A stretch of DNA of 64,000 nt, from NCBI GenBank assembly GCA_902525625.1, contig CABZHM010000001.1, positions 29,130 through 93,129 on the forward strand, read 5' to 3'. The DNA comes from an uncultured Pelagibacteraceae bacterium. GTDB lineage: Bacteria; Pseudomonadota; Alphaproteobacteria; Pelagibacterales; Pelagibacteraceae. Both the position numbers and the translations under genes were made by a program. Shown here piece after piece: positions 20,672 through 32,045 of the stretch; position 1 is the stretch's first letter; each line of letters opens with the position of its first letter. The notes under the pieces were generated by a model. The model worked only from the letters and a program-made list of their open reading frames with translations. It made no database searches and was not told where the DNA came from.

Positions 20672-23209
20672 GTGAACAGATATAATTTTAAAGAAATAGA
20701 AAAAAAATGGCAAAGCTATTGGGAAAATAAAAATTTTTTTAAAAGTTCGGTCCAAAAAAATAAAAAAAAATTTTATTGTTTAGAAATGTTTCCTTATCCA
20801 TCAGGTAAAATACATATGGGACACGTTAGAAATTATACAATAGGAGATGTTTTAGCCAGATATAAGATTTTAGAGGGATATAACGTACTACATCCAATGG
20901 GTTGGGACTCTTTTGGGATGCCCGCGGAAAATGCAGCCAGACAAAATAATTTAGATCCTAAAGAATGGACTAAAGAAAATATTAAAACAATGAAGAGTCA
21001 ATTAAAAAGACTAGGCTTATCAGTTGATTGGGATAGAGAAATATCAACCTGTAACGAAGATTATTATAAACACCAACAAATTTTTTTTTTAGAATTATTG
21101 AAGAAAGGCCTTGTTTATAGAAAAGAGAACTATGTTAATTGGGACCCTGTTGATGAGACAGTATTAGCCAATGAACAAGTTATTGATGGAAAAGGATGGA
21201 GATCGGGAGCAACGGTCGAAAGAAAAAAATTAAGTCAATGGTTTTTTAATATATCAAAATTTTCAAAAAACTTATTAGATGGATTAGATAATTTAGATGC
21301 ATGGCCAAATAAAGTAAAAACTATGCAAAAAAATTGGATAGGAAAGTCGTTTGGTTGCGAAGTTGATTTTGAAATCGAAGGTGATCTGCCAATCGAAAAA
21401 ATAAAATGTTTCACAACTAGACCTGATACCTTGTTTGGTTTTTCTTTTCTGGCTTTATCAGTGGATCATGAAGTTTCCAATTTTTATAAAGAAGATAAAG
21501 AATTTTTAAAATTTAAAGAGGAATGCACAAAAACTGGCACAACTGAAGAGGCAATTGCAATCGGAGATAAAATAGGTTTTAAAACAAGCCTTTTAGCTAA
21601 AAATCCATTAAATCCTCATCAAAAAGTACCAGTTTATTTCGCTAACTTTGTATTAATGGATTATGGTTTTGGAGCAGTTTTTGGTTGCCCTGGCCATGAT
21701 CAAAGAGATTATGACTTTGCAAAAAAATATAACTTAAAAATAAGAACTGTTGTTAAACCTTACAAAGAAAAAGATGGCTTTGAAGTAACAAAAGAGGCTT
21801 ATCCTGGACCTGGTACAATTATAAATTCTGGTTTCTTAGATGGTTTAGATGCTCCTAATAATTCAGTAGGTGAAACAATAAAAATATTAGAAGAAAAAAA
21901 ATTAGGAAAAAAAAAGATTAATTATAGATTAAAAGATTGGGGTGTGTCACGTCAAAGATATTGGGGATGCCCAATTCCAATTATTTATGATGAAGATGGG
22001 AATGCAACACCTGTCCCAAAAAAAATGTTACCAGTTAAACTACCTGAAAAAATTGATTTGGCAGTTAAGGGTAATCCTTTGGATAATGTAAAAGATTGGA
22101 AGGACGTAAACATTAATGGAAAAAAATATACCCGAGAAACTGATACTTTGGATACATTCGTATGCTCCTCATGGTATTACTTGAGATTTTGTTCTCCTAA
22201 TGAAAAAAGTTATGGGTTCAGGAAAGAAGATATTGGCTATTGGATGCCTGTTGATCAATACATAGGGGGTATTGAACATGCAATTTTACATTTGCTTTAT
22301 TCAAGATTTTTTATGAGAGCTATTAATTATGAAAATGAAGAGTTTAAAATTACTGAGCCTTTTAAAAGCTTATTCACCCAAGGAATGGTTTGCCACGAAA
22401 CATACCAAGATGAAAACAATAATTGGCTTAGCCCAGAGGAAATAGAAAAGATTAATGAGAAATTGGTTAAAAAAAATGATCATAAAATAACTGTAAAAGT
22501 TGGACCTTCAGAGTCGATGTCAAAATCAAAAAAAAATGTCATTGAACCTGAAAACATTATAACTAATTATGGTGCAGACTCCGTAAGACTATTTATTTTA
22601 TCTGATAGCCCTCCAGAAAAAGACATACAATGGTCAGATCAAGGAATGGTATCTTCTTACAAATTTATTCAGAAATTGTGGATTTTAAATCAAAGAATCT
22701 TAGATGAAATCCAAAAAAAACATTCAAATGATGTTGATAGCGAATTTAAAAAAGTAACAAATATTTTTATAAAAAAGGTTACTGATAACCTATCAAAATT
22801 TACTTATAACAAAATTATTGCAAATTATCATGAAATATACTCAGATTTATTAAAATTGATAAAAAAAAAATATTCATCAAAAACAATAATTCAAAACTAT
22901 AAGAAAATATTAATTTGTATGATGCCGGTAATACCACATTTTTCAAATGAGTGTATAGAATTACTAAAAGATGTATCGGAAATAAAATGGCCTGAAGTTG
23001 ATGAAAAATTACTAATTGAAAAAAATATCAATTTTGTAGTTCAAATAAACGGAAAAAAAAGAGGTTTAATAAAAGTTAACCGAAATATATCAGAAAATGA
23101 TATAATAAAATTAGTCAAAAAAAATAATGAAATTAATAAATATATTAAGAATCAAGAACTTAAAAAGAAAATTTTTGTTCCAAATAAATTAATAAATATC
23201 ATAATATAG
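20672..23209 (+). CDS. leuS: Leucine--tRNA ligase
   Basis: [32 protein letters not shown]. Confidence 0.99.
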   Translation: MNRYNFKEIEKKWQSYWENKNFFKSSVQKNKKKFYCLEMFPYPSGKIHMGHVRNYTIGDVLARYKILEGYNVLHPMGWDSFGMPAENAARQNNLDPKEWTKENIKTMKSQLKRLGLSVDWDREISTCNEDYYKHQQIFFLELLKKGLVYRKENYVNWDPVDETVLANEQVIDGKGWRSGATVERKKLSQWFFNISKFSKNLLDGLDNLDAWPNKVKTMQKNWIGKSFGCEVDFEIEGDLPIEKIKCFTTRPDTLFGFSFLALSVDHEVSNFYKEDKEFLKFKEECTKTGTTEEAIAIGDKIGFKTSLLAKNPLNPHQKVPVYFANFVLMDYGFGAVFGCPGHDQRDYDFAKKYNLKIRTVVKPYKEKDGFEVTKEAYPGPGTIINSGFLDGLDAPNNSVGETIKILEEKKLGKKKINYRLKDWGVSRQRYWGCPIPIIYDEDGNATPVPKKMLPVKLPEKIDLAVKGNPLDNVKDWKDVNINGKKYTRETDTLDTFVCSSWYYLRFCSPNEKSYGFRKEDIGYWMPVDQYIGGIEHAILHLLYSRFFMRAINYENEEFKITEPFKSLFTQGMVCHETYQDENNNWLSPEEIEKINEKLVKKNDHKITVKVGPSESMSKSKKNVIEPENIITNYGADSVRLFILSDSPPEKDIQWSDQGMVSSYKFIQKLWILNQRILDEIQKKHSNDVDSEFKKVTNIFIKKVTDNLSKFTYNKIIANYHEIYSDLLKLIKKKYSSKTIIQNYKKILICMMPVIPHFSNECIELLKDVSEIKWPEVDEKLLIEKNINFVVQINGKKRGLIKVNRNISENDIIKLVKKNNEINKYIKNQELKKKIFVPNKLINIII

Positions 23210-23214
23210 GCGAA

Positions 23215-23667
23215 ATGAAAAAATATATTTATATTATACTTGTTCCATTAATTTTATTAAGCTGCGATTATACACCAATTTATTCAAGTAAAAATGACTA
23301 CGACTTTTCAATTGAGAAAATTAATTTTGATGGGGATAGTGAAATAAATAATTTAATTAAAAAAAGATTGATGAAATTTCAAAACAACCAAAATGAAAAA
23401 AAATTTATTATTGCAGCTACTACCTCGTATAAAAAAATGTCACAATCTAAAAATTTGTCAGGTAAAACAACAAACTATTTAATAATTATTGAAATCATTT
23501 TTAAAATTCGAAAAGAAAATGAAGAAAAAACAATAATAGATAAAGAGGAATTTTTGATTAAAAATTTTTCTGATAAATTTGAGGAAAATAAATTAGAGAA
23601 AACTAAGAAAGAGAGTCTTGTTAATTCGATGGTTAATAAATTTATTCTTCAACTTTCACAAATTTAA
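23215..23667 (+). CDS. lptE: LPS-assembly lipoprotein LptE-like
   Basis: Lipobox LLSC-DYTPIY; position between leuS and holA. Confidence 0.75.
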   Translation: MKKYIYIILVPLILLSCDYTPIYSSKNDYDFSIEKINFDGDSEINNLIKKRLMKFQNNQNEKKFIIAATTSYKKMSQSKNLSGKTTNYLIIIEIIFKIRKENEEKTIIDKEEFLIKNFSDKFEENKLEKTKKESLVNSMVNKFILQLSQI

Positions 23668-24665
23668 TGATCTCTAAATACTATGAAATAAATAAATTTA
23701 AAAAAAAGATTAATTTTTTTCTATTTTATGGTGAAAATGAAGGTCAAAAGATTGATGTTATTCATTCCGACTTTAATGAATTTACCAAAGAAAATACTTT
23801 TAAATACGGTGAAAAAGAAGTTATTGAAAATAACCAACTTTTAATTGAAAATATTTATTCAAAATCATTTTTTGAAAATGAAAAATTAATTTTAATATCA
23901 GACGTTACAGATAAAATTTTTGATCTTATTAGAAAAGTTATCTCTGATAATGTAAATGATGTTGTAATTATTTTGCTAGCAAGAAGATTGGATAAAAAAT
24001 CAAAAATTAGAAATCTTTTTGAAAAAGAAAAGATTACGCTTATCGTCCCTTTTTACGAGGATACTTTACAAACATTGATCTCAATTGCTAAAAGGATTTT
24101 AACCGAAAATAAAATTAATTTATCACAAGAAAATTTAAATTTGATAATTGAAAGGGCTCAAGGTGATAGGATTAATCTTAAAAATGAATTACAAAAAATA
24201 GTTCACCTATCTAAAGACAAAAAGAAAATTGATTTAAATGATATATCTAAACTAACTAATTTGAGTGAGAATTATAGTGCCAATGAATTAGTTGATAACT
24301 GCTTGTGTAAAAATAAAAAAAGGACTTTTAATATTCTAAACGAGAATATCCCATCGATTGAAAATAATATTTTAATTTTGAGAACTTTTCTAAATAAATT
24401 AAAAAGGCTAAGAAAATTAAGATTGAGTTTAAGAGAATCTAATAATGTAGATCAAACAATTAATACCTTTAAACCTCCAATATTCTGGAAGGATAAAAAT
24501 ATAATTAAGCAACAGATCAAAATATGGGAATTGAATGATATTGAGAATTTTATTATAGGTCTGAACAAAACTGAGAGTTTAATTAAAAAAAATCCCCAAA
24601 TTTCTAATCAAATCATAAACAATATGATTTTAGATAAAGTAGAAAATACTAATATCCAGATTTAA
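23667..24665 (+). CDS. holA: DNA polymerase III delta subunit
   Basis: FLFYGENEG, GDRINLKNELQK, KPPIFWKDK; leuS-lptE-holA order. Confidence 0.92.
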   Translation: MISKYYEINKFKKKINFFLFYGENEGQKIDVIHSDFNEFTKENTFKYGEKEVIENNQLLIENIYSKSFFENEKLILISDVTDKIFDLIRKVISDNVNDVVIILLARRLDKKSKIRNLFEKEKITLIVPFYEDTLQTLISIAKRILTENKINLSQENLNLIIERAQGDRINLKNELQKIVHLSKDKKKIDLNDISKLTNLSENYSANELVDNCLCKNKKRTFNILNENIPSIENNILILRTFLNKLKRLRKLRLSLRESNNVDQTINTFKPPIFWKDKNIIKQQIKIWELNDIENFIIGLNKTESLIKKNPQISNQIINNMILDKVENTNIQI

Positions 24666-25491
24666 TTATATCAATTATCTTGTTTAATTGATCAAGCTCT
24701 TTGTAATAAAATGATATTGTACCTTTATTATTTTTATTGTTCTTAATAGAAACACTAAGCCCAATTTTTTCAGATATTGAATTTTCTAAATCTCGAATAT
24801 TTGAGTCAGCTTTACTAAAAGTATTTCTTTTGTTTTTTCTAAATATTTTAACTAAATTTTCTGCTTGTCTTACAGATAATTTTTTTTCAATAAATTTATT
24901 TGCTAGAAATGTAGCATTATCTAGCCCCACTAAAATCTTTGCATGACCAGCGGTGATTTGTTTTTGTTCTACAAAATCAAGGACTTCTTTGGGTAAATTA
25001 AGTAATCTCAATGAATTAGAAATATAACTTCTGCTCTTACCTATAAATTTTGATACTTTATCTTGATCATATGCAAATTCATCTATCAATCTTTTATAGC
25101 CTTGTGCTTCTTCTAAGGGATTTAGATCATGTCTCTGAACATTTTCAACAATCGCAAATTCTAAAGATTTAAGATCATCAGCATCTGTTACAACTACTGG
25201 AATATCATGTAATCCGGCTTTCTGGGCTGCTAACCACCTTCTTTCTCCAGCTATAATTTCGTATTTAGAATTATCCGTATTAGACTTTCTAACTATAATT
25301 GGCTGAATAACACCCCTTTCTTTTATTGAATTAACTAAATCATTTAAATTTTCCTTATCAAAATTTTTTCTTGGTTGATATTTGTTTGGAACTATTTCGG
25401 CTAAACTTAAATTATTTGTTTTATTCTCGACTTTAGTTTCGCCGATTAAAGAAGATAGACCTCTGCCCAACCCTTTTTTTATTTTATTCAT
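24649..25491 (-). CDS. parB: Chromosome partitioning protein ParB
   Basis: GLGRGLSSL, QPRKNF, IIAGERRW, ENVQRHDLNPLEEA. Confidence 0.97.
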   Translation of the reverse strand: MNKIKKGLGRGLSSLIGETKVENKTNNLSLAEIVPNKYQPRKNFDKENLNDLVNSIKERGVIQPIIVRKSNTDNSKYEIIAGERRWLAAQKAGLHDIPVVVTDADDLKSLEFAIVENVQRHDLNPLEEAQGYKRLIDEFAYDQDKVSKFIGKSRSYISNSLRLLNLPKEVLDFVEQKQITAGHAKILVGLDNATFLANKFIEKKLSVRQAENLVKIFRKNKRNTFSKADSNIRDLENSISEKIGLSVSIKNNKNNKGTISFYYKELDQLNKIIDIIKSGY

Positions 25492-26285
25492 TATGCGGCA
25501 CTCCCAACTTTATTTTCTTGTGCCATGAACTCATCTGTAAAACTATAATATGACTTACTTCCTGGACAATTCTTGTCGTAAATCAATACTGGGATACCAT
25601 GAGAGGGAGCTTCTGATAATCTTACATTTCGAGGTATCACCGTTTGGTAAACTTTATCTTTGAAATAATCTCTCGCTTCTTGTTCAACCTGTGACGAGAG
25701 TTTATTTCTTCGATCATACATAGTTAAAAGTATGCCTTGAATCTCCAATTCAGGATTCAAATTAGTTTTAATCCTCTCGATAGTCTTCATAAGCTGTGTA
25801 AGTCCTTCTAAAGCAAAAAATTCTGTTTGTAATGGCACAAGGAGTGAGTTAGATGATACCAAAGCCATTACAGTTAAAAGGCTCAAAGAAGGAGGGCAAT
25901 CTATGAGAATATAATCATATAATCCTCTAGAATCATTTAAATACGGACTTAATTTGGCCTTAAGTATAAAGGCTCTATCACTGTCACCGGCGGTCTCAAC
26001 TTCTAATCCAGACAAATCTACGTTAGATGATATCAAATCAAGATTTTGAAAGTTTGTTTTTTTGATTACGTTTGAAATCGACATTGTCCCATTAAGAATT
26101 CCATAAATTGTTTGATCAGATTGAGAATTATTAGAAAATCCCAATCCTGTAGTAGCATTCCCTTGAGGGTCTAGATCAATTACTAAAATTTTTTTACCAA
26201 GTTGAGATAACGCTGATGCTAAATTTATAACAGTTGTTGTTTTTCCAACCCCACCCTTTTGATTTATAATCGAAATTATTTTCAT
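25491..26285 (-). CDS. parA: Chromosome partitioning ATPase ParA
   Basis: NQKGGVGKTTT, DLDPQGNAT, DCPPSL, IPRNVRLSEAPSHG. Confidence 0.98.
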   Translation of the reverse strand: MKIISIINQKGGVGKTTTVINLASALSQLGKKILVIDLDPQGNATTGLGFSNNSQSDQTIYGILNGTMSISNVIKKTNFQNLDLISSNVDLSGLEVETAGDSDRAFILKAKLSPYLNDSRGLYDYILIDCPPSLSLLTVMALVSSNSLLVPLQTEFFALEGLTQLMKTIERIKTNLNPELEIQGILLTMYDRRNKLSSQVEQEARDYFKDKVYQTVIPRNVRLSEAPSHGIPVLIYDKNCPGSKSYYSFTDEFMAQENKVGSAA

Positions 26286-26929
26286 GAGATTTTTTTTTTA
26301 ATTTTTTTGATATTTAATATAAACGAGTCGTTGCTAGTTAAACTTTTTTTTTCTTCATAATCTAAATCCCACTCTTGAAGTGCTTCATTAAGAATTCTTC
26401 TTCCACTACTTCCCATAAAAAAAATAATATTTTTATATTTTTTAAAATTTTCGTTAACCAAGTTTAAAATCACTGGCATTGGCTTAAAAGCCCTGGACAT
26501 TATCGTTCCAGTTTCAATATTTTTAAGAGAAAAAATATCCTCCTGAATTATTTTTGTATTTAAATTTAATTTTTTTGACACTTCTTTTAAGAAAACACAT
26601 TTGTGGTAACTTTTTTCATAAAGGTTTACTTTCATATTATTTTTTATTTTTTTCATCACTATAGCTACAATTAACCCAGGCATACCTCCCCCTGAACCTA
26701 AATCTGAGGTTGTATTACAGTTTAAATCAACAAAATCAATAATTTGCGCTGAATCTATTATATGCCGCTCTCTTATAGCCTCTTTTTCATGGGTTTTTTT
26801 GCTTATAATGTTAATTTTTTGATTTTTTTCCTGTATCATCGAGATTAATCTCTCGAGCTCATTACAAGTTTCACGTGAAATATTCAAATTCGAGATTTTG
26901 GAATAAGAATTTAAAATAATGTTATCCAT
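26282..26929 (-). CDS. rsmG: 16S rRNA m7G527 methyltransferase
   Basis: RHIIDSAQ, DLGSGGGMPG, SRAF; between mnmG and parA. Confidence 0.93.
   Translation of the reverse strand: MDNIILNSYSKISNLNISRETCNELERLISMIQEKNQKINIISKKTHEKEAIRERHIIDSAQIIDFVDLNCNTTSDLGSGGGMPGLIVAIVMKKIKNNMKVNLYEKSYHKCVFLKEVSKKLNLNTKIIQEDIFSLKNIETGTIMSRAFKPMPVILNLVNENFKKYKNIIFFMGSSGRRILNEALQEWDLDYEEKKSLTSNDSFILNIKKIKKKIS
26867..26882. promoter_or_regulatory. parS centromere-like site inside rsmG
   Basis: AGTTTCACGTGAAATA is 14/16 identical to TGTTTCACGTGAAACA; about 0.6 kb upstream of the parA start. Confidence 0.8.
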
Positions 26930-28800
26930 TAAGCTATATGCTTAATAGACTTTCTTTTGACGTGTGACAACAAAATATATACGGCAGCAGGGGTTATTCC
27001 ATCAATTCTTAAGGCCTGGCCCATAGTTTTGGGCCTAATTTCCTTAAATTTAGCTTTTACCTCATTAGAAAGGCCTGAAAATTGATCATAATCTATATTC
27101 TCTGGTATTAATAAATTCTCATCTCGCTTAAAAGCTAAAATATCAGCCTTTTGTTTCTTCAAATATCCTCTGTAATGAGAGTTGATCTCAATCTGCTCAT
27201 CAATTTCTTTCCCATAATCACTGATTTCAGGCCAAATACTCCTTACTTTTGTCATATCAACACTTTTTTGAGTAAGAATTTCCTCTGCTGATCTAAAAAC
27301 ACCGTCTTTCGCAATTTTTATTCCAAATTTATCTGCGTTAGAAGGTGAAATATTCAAATTAGACATTTGAAAAGATATTTTGTTTAATTTATTAAATTTA
27401 TCCTCAAAAAGTTCTTTTCTATTTTCTGTAATTAAACCTATTTTAATTCCTTTATTAGTGAGCCTTAAATCTGCATTATCTGACCTAAGACTCAGTCTAT
27501 ATTCTGCTCGAGATGTAAACATTCTATAAGGCTCAGCAACTCCTTTTGTAACTAAATCATCTATCATTACACCAATATAGGCATCTGATCTATCTAATAT
27601 AAAAGGTACCATACTCTTTTGGGATAGAGCAGCATTTATACCCGCTATAAGACCTTGAGCAGCTGCTTCCTCATAACCTGTAGTTCCATTGATTTGACCA
27701 GCAAGATAAAGATTTCTTATTTTTTTTGTCTCAAGTGTTAAAAAAAGCTCTCTTGGATCAATGTAGTCGTATTCTATAGCATATCCAGGTCTAATGATTT
27801 TTACATTCTCTAAACCATTAATATTGTTGAGTATTTCGTATTGCACAACCTTAGGTAGAGATGTAGATATACCATTAGGGTAAATAGTATGATCATTTAA
27901 ACCCTCAGGCTCTAAAAATATTTGATGTCTTGTCTTATCAGCGAATTTTACTATTTTATCCTCGATAGAAGGACAATATCTCGGACCGACACCTTGTATG
28001 CTTCCGGAATACATTGCACTTTTAGATAAATTCTTTTCGATTATTTTATGCACTCTCTCATTGGTATAAGTCATGGAACAAGACACTTGTTTGTTTAGAT
28101 TTTTTTTTGTCAGAAAAGAAAAAAAATATGGGTCTTCATCGGCAAACTGTTTTTCCAAATTTTCAAAATTAATTGTTCTAGAATCTAATCTAGGAGGTGT
28201 CCCTGTCTTTAATCTTCCGATTTTGAAATTATACTTCTCTAACTGTTCACTTAAGCCTGTGCTCGGTTTTTCATTATAACGTCCAGCAGGAGTTCTTTCG
28301 TCACCTATATGTATCAAACCATTCAAAAAAGTGCCTGTTGTTAAGATTAACTTGTTACAACTCACCTTGTTACCATTTAAAGTTATAAATCCACTTATTT
28401 GATTATTTGTAAAAATAAATCTTGTTACTGGATCAGAAAAAATGCTTAAATTACAATAGTTTACAAGTTTTTCTTGCATATATTTACGATATAATGATCT
28501 ATCAGATTGAGTTCGGGGTCCTCTAACTGCAGGTCCTCTGCTTCTATTCAATAATCTAAATTGTATTCCAGATTTGTCGGCTATTTCACCCATGACACCA
28601 TCTAAAGCGTCAATTTCTCTGACCAAATGACCTTTACCTAAACCACCTATAGCTGGATTACAGGACATTTCTCCAATTGTATTTTTGTTATGTGTAAATA
28701 AAGCAGTATCTACGCCAAGCCTTGCTGAAGCCGCTGCAGCTTCACACCCTGCGTGTCCACCGCCAATAACAACCACTTCAAACTTTAAATCTTTTTTCAT
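26929..28800 (-). CDS. mnmG: tRNA uridine-5-carboxymethylaminomethyl modification enzyme MnmG (GidA)
   Basis: [46 protein letters not shown]. Confidence 0.99.
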   Translation of the reverse strand: MKKDLKFEVVVIGGGHAGCEAAAASARLGVDTALFTHNKNTIGEMSCNPAIGGLGKGHLVREIDALDGVMGEIADKSGIQFRLLNRSRGPAVRGPRTQSDRSLYRKYMQEKLVNYCNLSIFSDPVTRFIFTNNQISGFITLNGNKVSCNKLILTTGTFLNGLIHIGDERTPAGRYNEKPSTGLSEQLEKYNFKIGRLKTGTPPRLDSRTINFENLEKQFADEDPYFFSFLTKKNLNKQVSCSMTYTNERVHKIIEKNLSKSAMYSGSIQGVGPRYCPSIEDKIVKFADKTRHQIFLEPEGLNDHTIYPNGISTSLPKVVQYEILNNINGLENVKIIRPGYAIEYDYIDPRELFLTLETKKIRNLYLAGQINGTTGYEEAAAQGLIAGINAALSQKSMVPFILDRSDAYIGVMIDDLVTKGVAEPYRMFTSRAEYRLSLRSDNADLRLTNKGIKIGLITENRKELFEDKFNKLNKISFQMSNLNISPSNADKFGIKIAKDGVFRSAEEILTQKSVDMTKVRSIWPEISDYGKEIDEQIEINSHYRGYLKKQKADILAFKRDENLLIPENIDYDQFSGLSNEVKAKFKEIRPKTMGQALRIDGITPAAVYILLSHVKRKSIKHIA

Positions 28801-28916
28801 GGAGTGAATCTATATTCGATTATGATATTTACAAGATTTCTATTTTTTTTCTTAAAAAAGAATTATTTATCAACAAAAAATAAAATAAACTAGCTAAAAG
28901 CCCCGTAAAACAGGTG

Positions 28917-30248
28917 TTATTTCCCAATACAAAAATCGTTGAAAATATTGCCTAATATCTCCTCTACATCGACTTTGCCAACAATCATACCTAATTGTCT
29001 TGTAGCTAGCCTTAGATCCTCGGCTCCTTTATCAAAATCTTTTTTATCATTTTTATCTGAAAAATTTTTCAAGTGCTCGACACATTGTAACAAATGTTGT
29101 CTATGCCTCTCTCTTGTAATTAAAATATCTTCCTCTGATATAAATTTATTTTTTAAATTATTTTTTATTTTGGAAATTAACTTATCTATATTTAAATTAT
29201 TTTTAAGTGAAATCAAAACATGATTAAACTTAGAAATTTCAATGTCTAATTTCTCCTTCAAAAGATCTGATTTGTTAATAACTAGAATTGCGTTTTTTTT
29301 TAATAAATCATTCAAAAAACCACTAAAATCAATACTTTTAGCATCAACCACAACCAATTTTAAATCGGCATTTTCTGCTTTCTTAAGTGATAACTTAATT
29401 CCCTTTTTTTCAATTTCATCTTTTGAATCTCTAATACCTGCAGTATCAGAAATAATGACTGGATATCCATCTAAATTTAGATGAACTTCTATAACATCTC
29501 GTGTTGTGCCAGCGGTCTCAGATACTATAGCCACTTCTCTATTAGATAAATTATTCAATAAACTTGATTTGCCTGCATTGGTTGGCCCAACGATCGCAAT
29601 TTTAAAACCTTCGCGGATTATTTCACCAACTTTTTGGTCATTTAAAATTTTATTTATCTTCTCTAAAACATCGGAAGAGACGTGTTTAATTTGATTTAAA
29701 TTTTCTTCAGGTAAGTCTTCCTCAGGGAAATCTATTTTTGCCTCAATAAACGATAAAATTTTTAAAAGTTTTTCTCTTAACTTATTAAATTTTTCGGATG
29801 ATTTTCCTTTCATTATTTTTACTGCTTGTAATCTCTGTATTTCTGTTTCTGCAGAGATCAGATCTGCTATACTTTCAGCTTTAAGTAAATTTATTTTTCC
29901 GTTTTGAAAGGCAAGTTTTGTAAATTCACCAGGTTCAGCCAGCCTACAATTTTCAATTTTGGATATCTCGGTTTGCACAGCTAAAATAACTGCTTGTCCT
30001 CCATGAATATGTATCTCAGCCATATCCTCACCTGTGTAGCTCTCAGGGCCAGGAAACCATAATATTATACCTTCATCAATAAGCTCAAAGGTCTCGATAT
30101 TGTTTATTTTACGCAGAGTCGCCACTCTTGCTTTTGGCAATGCCTGGCCTGTTAAGGATTTTATCACTTTGGAGCTATGTGGACCTGAAACTCTTATTAT
30201 TGCAACACCTGATATACCTGGGCCCGTCGATAAAGCGTAAATAGTCAT
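28917..30248 (-). CDS. mnmE: tRNA modification GTPase MnmE (TrmE)
   Basis: GPTNAGKSS, GTTRD, DTAGIR, NKSD, C-terminal FCIGK. Confidence 0.98.
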   Translation of the reverse strand: MTIYALSTGPGISGVAIIRVSGPHSSKVIKSLTGQALPKARVATLRKINNIETFELIDEGIILWFPGPESYTGEDMAEIHIHGGQAVILAVQTEISKIENCRLAEPGEFTKLAFQNGKINLLKAESIADLISAETEIQRLQAVKIMKGKSSEKFNKLREKLLKILSFIEAKIDFPEEDLPEENLNQIKHVSSDVLEKINKILNDQKVGEIIREGFKIAIVGPTNAGKSSLLNNLSNREVAIVSETAGTTRDVIEVHLNLDGYPVIISDTAGIRDSKDEIEKKGIKLSLKKAENADLKLVVVDAKSIDFSGFLNDLLKKNAILVINKSDLLKEKLDIEISKFNHVLISLKNNLNIDKLISKIKNNLKNKFISEEDILITRERHRQHLLQCVEHLKNFSDKNDKKDFDKGAEDLRLATRQLGMIVGKVDVEEILGNIFNDFCIGK

Positions 30249-30260
30249 AAATAAAATTAC

Positions 30261-31943
30261 TTAATTATATATTTTTTCAAGATTAGAGAAAAATTCTTCA
30301 GAAAATTTTTTTTTATCAAACAAAGGGGTTTTTAAAGCATTTTCATAAATGTTTTTTCTCATCTTGATTAAATCTTTTTCATCTTGGGCCAAAGAAACAG
30401 CTTTTTTAATATAATCCTCTTTATCTAGAGCAATCAATGAAGTAAATTGCGCATTTTTATTTATAGACTCGCCACATCTTGAATTTAAATTATAGCCCTG
30501 CATGGTAATTACCGGTACACCCATCCAAATTGCTTCAAATGAAGTTGTAACGCCATTGTATGGAAAAGTATCTAAAGCAATATCAATTTTTTTGTATTGA
30601 CTTAAGTGATCATCAAAATTTTTATTGTAATTTAAAAAACTAATTGAACTTAAAATATCATATTTTTTAAATTTTTTTTCATATAATTCTTTAGATACAG
30701 CAGATGAAGTTTTTAAAATTAATTTAGAATTCTTTACTTTTTTTAAAATCATTGACCATACCTCAATGACATCATCATTTATTTTTCTAAAATTATTAAA
30801 GGATCCAAAAGTAATGAATTTTTTTTTAATTGATGGCGCTGAATTAAATACTCTTTTGTTGTCATAACCATTATGACAATTCCAAATTTTTGGTAAATAA
30901 ATAATTTTTTCACTATAATATTTTTCATCTACAGGCTTAATCAAATTTTTATCTGCTATTAAATAGTCCATCTCATCTAAACCAGTTGTGTTAGGATATC
31001 CACACCAGGATATTTGAATTGGGGCAAGTCGATTTTTAAATAATACCAATCTATGGTTTGAGGAAAAACCATTAAGATCAATAATAATATCAATTTTATC
31101 ATTCCTAATTAAATTAATTACTTCTCTATCATTTAATTTGGATATTCGAGAAGTTTTAAAAATATATTTTTGAAATTCAATTGTAGTATCATCTTCTACA
31201 TTATGATTGTGATACAGATAAATTTGAAACCTATTATTATCATAGTTAGAAACAACCGATCTTAAAAAATAAGTTACAGAATGTTTAGATCGTATGTCAG
31301 AAGAAACAAATCCCAAATTTATTTTACTATTTTTTGATTTTTTTAAATCAACTAATTCATTAGATGAATATTTGATGAGTTTATTATTTAGCATCTTGGC
31401 ATTTTCCAGATAATCAGATTGTGACCAATTATAAAGGTAATTGTTAAAAAATATATAAGAAGCAATTGCATCAGGATCAGGATCGAAATGAATAATTTTT
31501 TTTAAATATTCAATAATATTTTCTACATCAGATGTGCGTTTAAAGACTTTGATAATTGATTTCATCAAATCCAAATTATTTTCAAATAATTCTTTATTTT
31601 TCCCATAAATAAAAGTTATTTCTTCAAAAAATTTATCACTTAGGGCATTTGTGTTTTTAGTAAATTCATTATCAAAATAAATTACTGAAGCATTAATTAA
31701 ATTTTTTATAGAATCTATTAATTTACTTTTATTTTCTTCCTTGAAATAAGATTTTCTAAAATCTTCTATAGCAAGCTTTATTGACTCATTTGATTTGTTT
31801 AACATCATTCTACAAACACCCTTTAAATTATATAAACCAGCAGTTCTCTGATTTTCAGGAATCTTTTCTTCTATTATTGAAATAATTAATGAGTATTTTT
31901 TTTGTTTAAATAATTCTAAAAAGCTTACAGTTTGTTTACTCAT
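30261..31943 (-). CDS. SPINDLY/OGT-like glycosyltransferase family 41 protein with short helical N-terminus (start likely ATG 31943)
   Basis: GFVSSDIRSKHSV, RLAPIQISWCGYPNTTG, FGSFNNFRK, DIALDTFPYNGVTTSFEAIWMGVPVIT. Confidence 0.88.
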   Translation of the reverse strand: MSKQTVSFLELFKQKKYSLIISIIEEKIPENQRTAGLYNLKGVCRMMLNKSNESIKLAIEDFRKSYFKEENKSKLIDSIKNLINASVIYFDNEFTKNTNALSDKFFEEITFIYGKNKELFENNLDLMKSIIKVFKRTSDVENIIEYLKKIIHFDPDPDAIASYIFFNNYLYNWSQSDYLENAKMLNNKLIKYSSNELVDLKKSKNSKINLGFVSSDIRSKHSVTYFLRSVVSNYDNNRFQIYLYHNHNVEDDTTIEFQKYIFKTSRISKLNDREVINLIRNDKIDIIIDLNGFSSNHRLVLFKNRLAPIQISWCGYPNTTGLDEMDYLIADKNLIKPVDEKYYSEKIIYLPKIWNCHNGYDNKRVFNSAPSIKKKFITFGSFNNFRKINDDVIEVWSMILKKVKNSKLILKTSSAVSKELYEKKFKKYDILSSISFLNYNKNFDDHLSQYKKIDIALDTFPYNGVTTSFEAIWMGVPVITMQGYNLNSRCGESINKNAQFTSLIALDKEDYIKKAVSLAQDEKDLIKMRKNIYENALKTPLFDKKKFSEEFFSNLEKIYN

Positions 31944-32045
31944 AATATGAAAATATATTATAAGAAATAACAATGTAAACTTCTAATCGTATACAAATTT
32001 TTGAAAATTATAAATTTAATACTTTCTAAAATCTAAAAATAATAT

